Shown: positions 15,388 through 24,600 of the stretch, one piece after another
Numbering within the stretch: the first letter of the stretch is position 1
Layout: every line of letters starts with the position of its first letter
IMG/VR virus record: IMGVR_UViG_3300035698_032497
Source of the DNA: a virus
Taxonomy: Duplodnaviria; Heunggongvirae; Uroviricota; Caudoviricetes
Length of the DNA stretch: 25,023 nt
Direction: 5' to 3' (one strand)
Translations under genes and position numbers: made by a program
Notes under the pieces: model-generated
What the model saw: the letters and a program-made list of their open reading frames with translations, nothing else
Database searches by the model: none
What the model was told of the DNA's origin: nothing

Positions 15388-17766
15388 ATGGCCAGACCGA
15401 ACCGGAAAAATGGACTACTGAAGGTTCTTCTCGTTGGCGGTGAGCCCGGGCGCGTCGAGCGTCAGTTCAAGGGGCCGTACCGTGAGCTGGGGATGGAGAT
15501 CGTCGAACACTGGTCGTACGACCAGGTGTCTGCGGATCGGCTACCTATCGCCTGCGAGGCGGTGGTCGTTCTCGCCAGCTTGACGAATCACCTGATCGAC
15601 AGCGTCGTGGTCAAGCTGGCGAAGAGAGCTGGCATCCCGTTCGTGCGCGTCAGCCACAAGCTTTCCAAGGCCAAGCCGATGTTCGAGAGCGTTGGCTTTG
15701 TGATTAAGGGGGTTTCGGTCTCCATCAACGCGGCCGACGAGAAGGATGAAAACGATCTCAAGACCCACATTCTCATGGCCATGATCCGTGGTGGGGAGGA
15801 GACCGGGGATGTGATGGACTTCAAGCGCGTCCGAGAGTGGCTGCGCGAGGCCGATGGGGTCGACATCGATCCGATGCTGGTCACCGCGCAGGTCTGGGAC
15901 GAGGTCTTCGGTGCAGACGGGAACATGGCTCTGGTGAGTGAGGCCATGGGGCGTCACCAGCCGAAGCGGTTGGTCGAAGGGGAAGAGCTCGACGGGTGGA
16001 TCGATCTGTGCATCTCCAGCATCGAGCTCGCTTCGGTCGATGTCGACACCGTCGTCGAGCAGGTCTCGGAGGTCATGGTCAACGAGGAGTTGCCACCTGC
16101 TGATGATCTGCGTCGTCGCGTCGAGGCTCGGATCGTTTACGCTCTCGAGAGCGACAAGACCGACTTCGAGAAGGTGCATTCTGGCCTGAAGAGCAGGATC
16201 CCGGCGTTCGAGATCGCGGTGGAGTGGATCGTTTCCAAGGACATCAGCGCGCTTCGTAGGCTGGCGTCGACCGTGATCATGGTAGATGGCTTCTCCGGGC
16301 GGGGGAAGAGCAAGCCGCGGGTATCCAAGGAGCTCGGCAAGTCGTTGACGAACGATCTCACGTCTCTGATCGACTCGAACGCGCAGGCCTTCTTCGTCGC
16401 CTGCATGCTGTCGTTGCCAGAAGGCACTTCGTGTTCGGTCAACACCATCCATCGTCTGTGCCTCGATCTCACAAAGAAGAGGATCAACTACTACAAGCAG
16501 CGTGGGATTATGACCCTGTTCTCATCCAAGGTGAGAGAGAAGGGCGAGAAGACGGTCAGGCCAGGTGACGGCTTTGTTCCTCTCTTCCTCGGTGCGTTGC
16601 CCATGGACATGCCCGGGCACGGAGAACTCGAGCGTCATCGCGCCGTGCTCGAAGGCGCGGCCAGCAAGAAGTTGCTCTCTCCGTCTCGTGTGTCTTCTGC
16701 GCCGGCTGCTGCGCCGTCTGCTGCTCCGGCCGCTGCGCCGTCTGCTGTTCTGGCCTCGGCGGTGTTCATGAACAAGCCAGTCTCTGGATACTCGGCTGGC
16801 AATCAGCGTGTCATTGTTGCTGGGGCGGAGTTCGTCGAGCAGTGCAGGATGAGCGGTGCCTGGCCGGACTTGGATATCCCTCATGGATCCGTCGGCGCTG
16901 TTCAGCAGTGGATCACCGATGCGTCCATGGCCGGCGGTGGACAGGCTCCGTCGTCCGCGGTCAAGGTAGCGCTGTCCGTGTTCAAAGGAAAGCCCAGGGA
17001 CTACGTGCTGTCGATGCTGAGGTTGATTCCGGACGGGCACCGCTTCTCGATCAACCTGCTCATGAAGAGCTATGGCCTGGTCTACGGAAAGAAGACCAAC
17101 ACGGTAGTCATGCACTCCATCATGGAGCCGTATGGCAGAGAGATGGAGGAGCGTGGAGTCGTGGCGCTCACCATAGAGGAAGCATCGAGTGAGGCTGCCA
17201 AGCTGGTTGGCCAGGAGCCCTTGGCCAGTGTGAGCGAGAGCAAGACCGCCAAGGTGTTCGATCCGCCTGTTGGTCCTATGCCTTCCGCCGGTTTGGTCGT
17301 GGACAAGGCCATGATCCGCTCGATGATCTCCGGCATGCTCGGAGATGTCGTTCAGAGCGCTGTTGACGCGACTGTCGGGCGAATCGAGTCTCGGCTTGCA
17401 GCGGTGGAGCAGCTGGTCGTGTCCCTTGGCGGTGGAGAGACTGCTCCGGATCCTGTCGATGTCGACGCCATTGCCGCGACCGTCGAGGGCCGTGTCCTCG
17501 AGAACCTTGGTCAAGCCCTGGAAAGGATCGAGCAGGATGCGGCTCCGTCCATCAGGGCCGTCAAGACTCTCCAGTCACTCTCCGGTGAGCAGAGTGCTGT
17601 TGTCGGTCAACTGCGGGCACAGATGTCGAGCATGCGCGAGGAGCTCGAGCTGGTCTCTGCGGAGGTCTCCACCCTGGCGGCGGCCCCGTCCACGAAGGTT
17701 GGAGGCATTACGCTGGACATGCTGATGGAGAGGTTCGAGGTACGGATGGTGAGGCGCAAGGAGTAA
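15388..17766 (+). CDS. Large multidomain hypothetical protein: N-terminal DUF2325-like domain, internally duplicated helical domain, C-terminal coiled coil
   Basis: AAGGAG SD before ATG 15388. KVLLVGG...HWSY...AVVVLASLTNHLIDSVVVKLAKRAGIPFVRVS resembles DUF2325; two similar internal blocks; heptad-like LRAQMSSMREELELVSAEVSTL. Confidence 0.75.
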   Translation: MARPNRKNGLLKVLLVGGEPGRVERQFKGPYRELGMEIVEHWSYDQVSADRLPIACEAVVVLASLTNHLIDSVVVKLAKRAGIPFVRVSHKLSKAKPMFESVGFVIKGVSVSINAADEKDENDLKTHILMAMIRGGEETGDVMDFKRVREWLREADGVDIDPMLVTAQVWDEVFGADGNMALVSEAMGRHQPKRLVEGEELDGWIDLCISSIELASVDVDTVVEQVSEVMVNEELPPADDLRRRVEARIVYALESDKTDFEKVHSGLKSRIPAFEIAVEWIVSKDISALRRLASTVIMVDGFSGRGKSKPRVSKELGKSLTNDLTSLIDSNAQAFFVACMLSLPEGTSCSVNTIHRLCLDLTKKRINYYKQRGIMTLFSSKVREKGEKTVRPGDGFVPLFLGALPMDMPGHGELERHRAVLEGAASKKLLSPSRVSSAPAAAPSAAPAAAPSAVLASAVFMNKPVSGYSAGNQRVIVAGAEFVEQCRMSGAWPDLDIPHGSVGAVQQWITDASMAGGGQAPSSAVKVALSVFKGKPRDYVLSMLRLIPDGHRFSINLLMKSYGLVYGKKTNTVVMHSIMEPYGREMEERGVVALTIEEASSEAAKLVGQEPLASVSESKTAKVFDPPVGPMPSAGLVVDKAMIRSMISGMLGDVVQSAVDATVGRIESRLAAVEQLVVSLGGGETAPDPVDVDAIAATVEGRVLENLGQALERIEQDAAPSIRAVKTLQSLSGEQSAVVGQLRAQMSSMREELELVSAEVSTLAAAPSTKVGGITLDMLMERFEVRMVRRKE

Positions 17767-17848
17767 CGAACGGCGAGCATCGATCGTCGAGATCGTTCTC
17801 GGCGATCGGCGCCTGCTTGTCGGCTCTCATCGTGCTATTCTCGGAGCC

Positions 17849-18346
17849 ATGGACATCGAGCGCGCATTCAGGATCCTTGGACTCGGACTCGAGGCATCGC
17901 TGGTTCAGGCCAAGCGAAGTTTTCGTTTGCTATCCAGGAAGTATCACCCAGACAGGACCGGGACAGACGCCACCTCGAGGAAGTACAAGCTGGTCGTGGA
18001 CGCTTATCGGGCTGTTCAGGACTTTATCGAGAACGGGGCGCCCCCAGATGAGGACGATGAGATCGAGCTCGGATCAGCCCTCAACGTGGTTGAACTGCTT
18101 ATCGGAGGAGAAGCTGTTCCTCTCGACTCCATCAGATCTCTGATCATCCAACTATCCCAATACGACAATGATTCTGGGATCACGTTCGTTCTGACGTTCG
18201 TGGAGCCATGGGAAAAGGGGGTCGGGAGAGTGGTGATGGTCGTTGAGATGGACGGTGAGTACGCCCGGTTCTCGGCCCTTGTGCTGGGGATCTCGAGCGA
18301 CGGGAGAGGGGCCGTGAGCCAGCTCGAGCTCGAGCCGGTTTTCTGA
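17849..18346 (+). CDS. J-domain (DnaJ N-terminal) protein, class C
   Basis: AFRILGL...AKRSFRLLSRKYHPDRTG...KYKLVVDAYRAV with intact HPD; GGAG SD. Confidence 0.9.
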   Translation: MDIERAFRILGLGLEASLVQAKRSFRLLSRKYHPDRTGTDATSRKYKLVVDAYRAVQDFIENGAPPDEDDEIELGSALNVVELLIGGEAVPLDSIRSLIIQLSQYDNDSGITFVLTFVEPWEKGVGRVVMVVEMDGEYARFSALVLGISSDGRGAVSQLELEPVF

Positions 18347-18352
18347 GCTGGG

Positions 18353-18382
18353 TTGACACGCGGAAGACTACGCTGGTACCAT
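18353..18382 (+). promoter_or_regulatory. Near-consensus sigma70 promoter TTGACA-18-TACCAT with TGn extension
   Basis: TTGACA at 18353-18358, TG at 18374-18375, TACCAT at 18377-18382. Confidence 0.65.
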
Positions 18383-18388
18383 CATGAA

Positions 18389-18470
18389 GGTACGACAGAG
18401 TTCGTCGCTCACCCATCGTCCCTTCCCGAGGCCCTCCTCGTCGTCAAGACCGGAGGGCTTCGCTTCGTTT
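18389..18470 (+). ncRNA. Candidate ~80-nt small RNA
   Basis: Lies between the promoter above and a terminator-like hairpin; no translatable + strand ORF with an RBS. Confidence 0.35.
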
Positions 18471-18471
18471 G
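18429..18471 (+). terminator. Terminator-like hairpin GCCCTCC...GGAGGGC plus TTCGCTTCGTTT
   Basis: Stem 18431-18437 pairs with 18452-18458; T-rich tail only on the + strand. Confidence 0.6.
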
Positions 18472-18489
18472 ATGCCTGAATCGGGCAGT

Positions 18490-21400
18490 CTACTTCCAGA
18501 AGATCGTCGGTCTGGCTGTTTCGTTCACCTGGCTCCATTTGGCCGGGTAGACGAGCAGCCACCCGGCACAGTTTCCGTCCGGAGAGTGTCTGAAGGCGTT
18601 CAGGTACGGGGTGCTCTCGACGGAGATCTTCATAACGAACGGTGACGGGCTCCACATCGCGGCGTCTTGCAGGGTCGCGGCCCCCCACAGTACGGTGAGG
18701 TTTCCGATGTAATCGCCGCCCTTCTCTATCTCGAGGCGTCTTCTGATGTACGATCTCTGCCTGTTGTCGAGGCCCTCGAGCCACTCCTCGATCTCTCCTC
18801 TGACCGTAGAGAGCTGATGGTCGCTCGAGATCCCGCAGACCTTACGCAAGGTCGCTGACTCTTCGTTTTCGGCGTGATCGCCGAAGACGGATTGGAATCC
18901 GATGTCGGGAGCGTTGTACCTTCCTCTGCTCCCAACGAGACTGACATACAGGCTGTACGGCACCGACTTGCTCTTGAGGATCGTGGACCCCAGCGGCTTG
19001 TGCGTGTTGTCGTTGTTGCCGCTTTCGTACATGATGGGCGGTTGCGTGAGCCACGTGAGGGCCTTGTCGATTCCTGACTCCATGAGGAACTTTTTGGCCC
19101 TGTCGAGCTCGAGGCATTCTTCGAGCGCGTTTCTCACACCCATCCACCCCTGGTTCGTGATGTTTTGCGAGAGCTTATCGAGAGCTTTTGCCGCTCTGCT
19201 GTCCTGTGTTCCGATTTGCTGGGCTGCGAACGAGATCCCGGTGGCGTACTGACCGATCTTTTTTTCGATTTTGTCTACGTAGTCCCTGCTCGGATTTTCC
19301 CAGCTGCCATCGTGGTACGTAGCGGATGACCACCTGCGGCTGGGATCGATCCCGCTGAGAGAGAAGGCGTACCGGATCTCGATCGATGGAATCTCGGGGT
19401 AGATGAACTCGTCGTAGTAGGATCTGATGCCTGAGTTCGTCCACGATGAGCTCTGGCGCGTGGCGTTGCTACACAGGGAGACGATCTTTTCGTAGGTGTC
19501 TTTTCGCTTCTTACCGTCGACGAGCTTGGCGATGAGCCAGGTCGCTTTTCCTTCTCGGTCTTCCGCGATCACCTTGGCCCTTCTCGCCCGGGTCGAGACG
19601 ACCGCGGTCATCAGCTCGATTCCGTCCATGTCCCCCTCGTCTGGCGTCTCGGCGCTCTCGCAGGCCTGGATTCCGAGCGGTGTCGCGAGCGCCATGAGGC
19701 TTCTGTTGTCAATCCTGTCTGTGAAGCGCAGCAGGTACTTGACCAGGCTCCATGGTCCGCAGTTGTCCTGGGACATGAGCCCTCTCTCGACCTCCTCGTT
19801 TGGGCCATTGATGACCTCGAACGAGTATTCCAGGATGTCGAAGCCCTTGTTGATGACGCCGTGGTACTCGTGCCTGCCATACCTCCTCCACTCCGGATCC
19901 AGTGACGTGGTGCCGGTGCCGGGCCGTGAGCAGTTCTTCAGGATTTTCCAGGTCTGCTCGGTGTGCCCCGATCGGGTGACTCCGGTCAATGTCGTCGTGG
20001 ACGGGGCCTTGTCGATGTCTTGCGCGTAGAACAAGGCTACCCGGTGATCACAGCATGCGGCTGCTCTGCCATCTTCCGTGTCGGTGCCGAGGATCCACAT
20101 GTCGTACAGGTAGGCGGTGTACGGGTCCTGTAGGCAGGCCAGGCGCGTGGAGGGGTGGGGGCCCTTATCGATCTTGGCAGCGTAGAGGAAGCTGTAGGCC
20201 ATCCTCTCTGGGCCGTCGAGAGATGTGACAGCCGTTCTGGTGTCGTCTGATGGGCCACCGTCGATGTCTGCAGCCCATGTCAGGATCGTGTTTCCGGTTT
20301 TGCCACGTAGGCCGTCGATGATGATCTTTCTGATCTGGGCCGACGTCGACGCTCCTGGGACATCTTCCCCGTATCTGATAGTGTCTGACGCGTAGGCGAG
20401 GGACCCTCTGGCGGTGACCTCGTGTGGACCATGATCGACGAGCCTGGCGTAGTTGACAGCATCGGATCCGTGGCTGGAGGCTATCTCTCTGGTCGCCGTG
20501 CCGGGGCCGTAGTTTCTGGCGATTTCGACCGCTGTACCGGCGCTTGGGCTGATGACGCGACGGAAGCCAGGAAAGAACGACGGTGTGAGGGCGTGGAGCC
20601 AGCCGGGGATGAACAGGCTGCCGTGGACGCCGGTAGAGTCCATGCTCTTGGCGACGAGTTTCAGCAGCGGCGATACCTGTGGGATGATCGAGGGGTGGAC
20701 GATGAGTCCATCGATCCCGAGGATCGATTTGACACCGATCGATCTCACGTAGCCGCCTCGTCCTATGTACTTGATGACGGCGACCGGGGTCATGAGCGGG
20801 TCGAGCATGATCGTGAACGGCATGCTCTTGAGGCTCGAGTATCTCTCTGGGTGGTGCTCGAGATCGCGGATCGTCTCATCGATCTTTCTTTCGTCTTCCG
20901 CTGCTCGTCTCCATGTTTGACCATCGAGCTGGCCGGAGAAGAATATGCGGAGCTGTTCTGGGATCGGTTGGTCCTCTTTGGCCCTGTAGGTCAGCCCGAG
21001 GTATTGGCCCGGCAAAATAGCGGCGTGTGTGAGGCGATAGTCACGTGTTCCCGTGATCTCGTCTTCGAGCGGGGTCAAGCCACAGGCATCGCTTTCCGAG
21101 ATCGTGGCGGGTGCTGGAAGTATGCCGATCCCCGGGCGCCATGCCGGAGGTATGGGAACCGTAGGGGCGCTCGGGGGAAGCAGGTCTATCTGCGGGCCAC
21201 TCTCTGTGTCTTCTTCTGGCGCGAAAACGAACGGAAGACCCCATGTGAAGGAACGGTGGTTGTACTGTGCCCCGAGGGTCGTTTTGACGTCATCTATGTC
21301 CCGTTGGTCTTCTTTTCTCGGCTGGAGCAGCATTGTCAGGCAGCCGGTGCTGGTGTCATCGAGGCTCGCGTCTGGATGGTCCTCGAGGTATTGCGCTGCC

Positions 21401-21678
21401 AGGGGCAGATACGGGAATCTCGGGATGGTGAGGCAGTGTGGCCATCTCGGATCGTTTCCGGCCTCGACGATCTTTCTGATCATCCATTCGACAGCACCCG
21501 TGAACTCAGCTGGGATCGGGTGCTCTTCGTTGATCCCCTGAGAGCCGAGTGTCCAGGCGACCTTCTTGCGAAGGGCCCTGATGTCGTCCCTTCTGACACC
21601 GAGGATCAGCGCTGCCTCGTCGACGCTGGTCGAGCTCCATGGAGAGAGGATGTCGATCATGGGGTGCGTGCTCGTCAT
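18490..21678 (-). CDS. Large (1062 aa) protein with ~25-aa helical repeats; paralogue of the upstream gene
   Basis: ATG 21678 overlaps the upstream TGA (ATGA). Repeats such as YAAKIDKGPHPSTRLACLQDP; C-terminal domain shared with the 21675-25022 protein. Confidence 0.85.
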   Translation of the reverse strand: MTSTHPMIDILSPWSSTSVDEAALILGVRRDDIRALRKKVAWTLGSQGINEEHPIPAEFTGAVEWMIRKIVEAGNDPRWPHCLTIPRFPYLPLAAQYLEDHPDASLDDTSTGCLTMLLQPRKEDQRDIDDVKTTLGAQYNHRSFTWGLPFVFAPEEDTESGPQIDLLPPSAPTVPIPPAWRPGIGILPAPATISESDACGLTPLEDEITGTRDYRLTHAAILPGQYLGLTYRAKEDQPIPEQLRIFFSGQLDGQTWRRAAEDERKIDETIRDLEHHPERYSSLKSMPFTIMLDPLMTPVAVIKYIGRGGYVRSIGVKSILGIDGLIVHPSIIPQVSPLLKLVAKSMDSTGVHGSLFIPGWLHALTPSFFPGFRRVISPSAGTAVEIARNYGPGTATREIASSHGSDAVNYARLVDHGPHEVTARGSLAYASDTIRYGEDVPGASTSAQIRKIIIDGLRGKTGNTILTWAADIDGGPSDDTRTAVTSLDGPERMAYSFLYAAKIDKGPHPSTRLACLQDPYTAYLYDMWILGTDTEDGRAAACCDHRVALFYAQDIDKAPSTTTLTGVTRSGHTEQTWKILKNCSRPGTGTTSLDPEWRRYGRHEYHGVINKGFDILEYSFEVINGPNEEVERGLMSQDNCGPWSLVKYLLRFTDRIDNRSLMALATPLGIQACESAETPDEGDMDGIELMTAVVSTRARRAKVIAEDREGKATWLIAKLVDGKKRKDTYEKIVSLCSNATRQSSSWTNSGIRSYYDEFIYPEIPSIEIRYAFSLSGIDPSRRWSSATYHDGSWENPSRDYVDKIEKKIGQYATGISFAAQQIGTQDSRAAKALDKLSQNITNQGWMGVRNALEECLELDRAKKFLMESGIDKALTWLTQPPIMYESGNNDNTHKPLGSTILKSKSVPYSLYVSLVGSRGRYNAPDIGFQSVFGDHAENEESATLRKVCGISSDHQLSTVRGEIEEWLEGLDNRQRSYIRRRLEIEKGGDYIGNLTVLWGAATLQDAAMWSPSPFVMKISVESTPYLNAFRHSPDGNCAGWLLVYPAKWSQVNETARPTIFWK

Positions 21679-24600
21679 TCCGTTTCCATGCTCGACTTCA
21701 GGATTGCCGACGTGCTCATGATTCGCTGGATAGCGGTGAGCGGTATCTGTGGACCATTGGTCTGTATGGACGGGTAGATGACGGCCCATCCTGATGCCCG
21801 TCTCCCGAGCGGAGCCGGGATGATGGTCAAGGCAGCTGTGTGGTCGATACGGATCCTCACTTGGAAGCGAGACCCGGCGTATACGACGGCGGAGTCGATG
21901 GGGGTGCTGCCTACCCAGAGCACCGAGATTTTATCGAGGCTGGGATCTTCACGCGCCGTGTTCTCGAGCCTTCTGTCGACATGCGATCTGACTCTGCCCG
22001 GGAGCGATCGGTACCACTGCAGGACCATCTCGTGGGTCACGCTACCATGTACGCCGAGTCCTTCTCGGATTGATTTTTCGAGGCTCGGGACCCCGACGTT
22101 TTCTCCCCTGACGACACCGAGCGCCCCGATATACCCGAAGTTCGGGCAAGAATCGTCAGCGAGACTCATGGACGACTTCAGTGGGGCACACTTCGACCCG
22201 GGCTCTCGGTACGTCCACAGTCCGAGATCGTCAGCGAGCATCCACTCCAGGTGGGTATGCCCTCTCCTGACCAACGATCGTACGAGATCTCTCTCTTCTT
22301 GTGAGTGGATCCCGTTGAAGTTGCTGCCGTGGTATCTTCCGTGCCCGAGAAGCTCTTCGACTTTCTTCGTGGCTTGGTTCTCTGATGTTTGCTTGGACAT
22401 GTCCAGCGCGAGCGCGGATCTGGACATCTCGAGGCACGCCTGTCCGGCCGCACTGGTCAGGCGGCTCGGGGTGGTGTCATTGTTGTCTGCGTCAACTGTC
22501 CATGACGATGGACAGAACAGGTCTTCGATGGCGCCCGGTTTCTCGCACAGTGAGGCGATCTTGGCACGAAGTCTTGGCGTGAAGCTGGCCGGAGAGACCC
22601 CGAAGTGGCGGACGTATCTGGCGAGGTCCTTGGAGTTTCCAGCGACGCCCTCGAGCGTGTCGGCCATTGGGCGGCCGTCGATGTGCTTGGCGACGATGAT
22701 GGCGTTCTTGGAAGAGCTCTTGATGAGCATCTTCCTTGTTTTGCCACTGATGGCGGCCCTGAGCTTTGGGATGCCGTCTTCGGCGCCGAAGAGCTGAAGC
22801 ATTTCGATTAGATGCTCGAACATCTTCGGGATCGACAGCGAAACACCGATCACGAACTCCGCGCTGATGGGCTCTTCTCTTCGGACGGTGCGGTACCTCA
22901 ACAGAGCACCGAGGTCGTGTGTGATTGCCGTCATCTGGGTTTTCAGAACGTTGTCAGCGCAGTCTCGGATCGCGTACGTGGTCCACTGTGAGCGAAGATC
23001 GGACCTTAGGAAGAGAAGGTACAGCGCCGCGATCCAGGGACTCTGCCACATCCTGTGCGCGTTATCGAATGGGTTGCTGCAGTAGCCGGACTCGATCCTG
23101 CGGGCAGCGAGCCTGCTGGGGTCGCCGACGGTGCTGCTGAGCTCTCGAGTCCTGTATCGATCGTCCGAGAAATCTGGTAGCTGTGGCGCGTCGATCACGG
23201 CTCTGACATCTTCGATGGTGAGCTCTGGTTCTGGGATGATCGGCTCGATGACCATCTGCCACATCGCCCTGGTGGGAGAGCCCCTGTAGGTGGATTCGCG
23301 GAGGATTCCGACCATGTCTGGTGGGACACACTGCTCACTCGTGATTCCCGGGGACCACTCTGCGGGTCTCCGGTCTCTCGGGGGGTAGACGAGCTTCAGG
23401 GCGTACAGCAGGGCCATGTTCGGGTCGGGTAGCACCGCGGTCATGGTGTCGCGGTGGTATCTCTCGTCGATTCTCAGGGCATAGCGGAGTGCGTAGACGG
23501 GGTCTGTGCAGCAGGCCTTCCTGGTGTCTTCCCTTGGTCCACGGTCCACGTTCAGCGCCCATGTGTACGCCCCGCTGGCTCCTGACTTTATAGCTATGTC
23601 CCTGTAAATGGACAGGTCGGTGTTCGGGAACGATCTGGTGTAGTTCAGGAAGGTGGTGTTATCCGTGAACGATGCTGCCAGCGTTTGTGGCGTTGGGCCC
23701 TTGTCGACCGATGTGGCGTATCTGTAGGCTGTCGACGGACTGGAGCAGGCCGCGTTCCTGGTCTGTTCTGTCGGTCCTTTGTCGACCTCCACGGCATAAC
23801 GAACAGCGCAGAGAGGATCTGTGCAAGCTCCGTCTCTGGTGACGGTGTGGGGAGCCTTGTCGACATTCGTTGCGTACAGGATGGCGAAGGCCGGGTCTCT
23901 CGACGCCGTCTCTCTCAGCGTCTCTCCACCGCCATTCACCATCGCCCACCGGTACGACAGCTCTGGTGATGTCAGGACCGTCTGTACGAAGAACTCGCTG
24001 CTCTTGTCGATACCTTGGATAGCACTCTCGAACGAGTAGTTTTCCGGGTACGAGAACCTCTCGCAGCGGCCGATGACCTGGACAGCGTAGTTGACCCAGG
24101 TGGGATGCATTCCGAAGTTCTTTGGGCCCTTCGACTGGCAGCACCTCATCCATGATCTGTCAGGACCGAGCGCGATCTCGAAGGTGCAGACGCTGTATCC
24201 AGAGACGTCTCTCAGGCTGTAGTAGGCGTGCGAACGCGCTTTCATGTTTCTGAGATGGTCGTTGATGTGGGCGTCCTGCCCGATGCAGTGGTCCATCATC
24301 TTGCTCTCGTCACGGAGCTGGTTCTCGGTCTCCAGCTCCACGAGCTTCATTCCGTTTTCCCAGCTGTGGACGATGGGGCCGTGGGAGGGTCTCCAGGAGT
24401 CATCCTCGAGCTTGACGATCCTCTTGTGCCATTCGTCCCAGGTGCTCATGTTCCTGTTTTTGTCTACTGACGTCTCCTTGAAGATGCTTGCCTGAGAGAT
24501 GTCCTCGAAGCTCTCGGGCCCCATGTCGGATCCGTCTGCCAGTCTCTGTATGAGCACTGGAGAGGGCCATGGAGCGGTATCTCCGAGTGTTGTCCTGGCC

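Noticed and set aside
1366-18346. Split DnaJ (zinc finger at 1366-1500 plus J-domain at 17849)
   Set aside because: The genes are 16 kb apart in different modules, and the finger is a single half-unit within an unrelated protein.
18389-18470. tRNA
   Set aside because: No acceptor stem, no T-loop GTTC-RA context in a cloverleaf, and no anticodon arm.
20422-22797. + strand ORFs 20422-21777 and 21778-22797
   Set aside because: Antisense to the two large - strand genes, which show repeats, paralogy and ATGA coupling.
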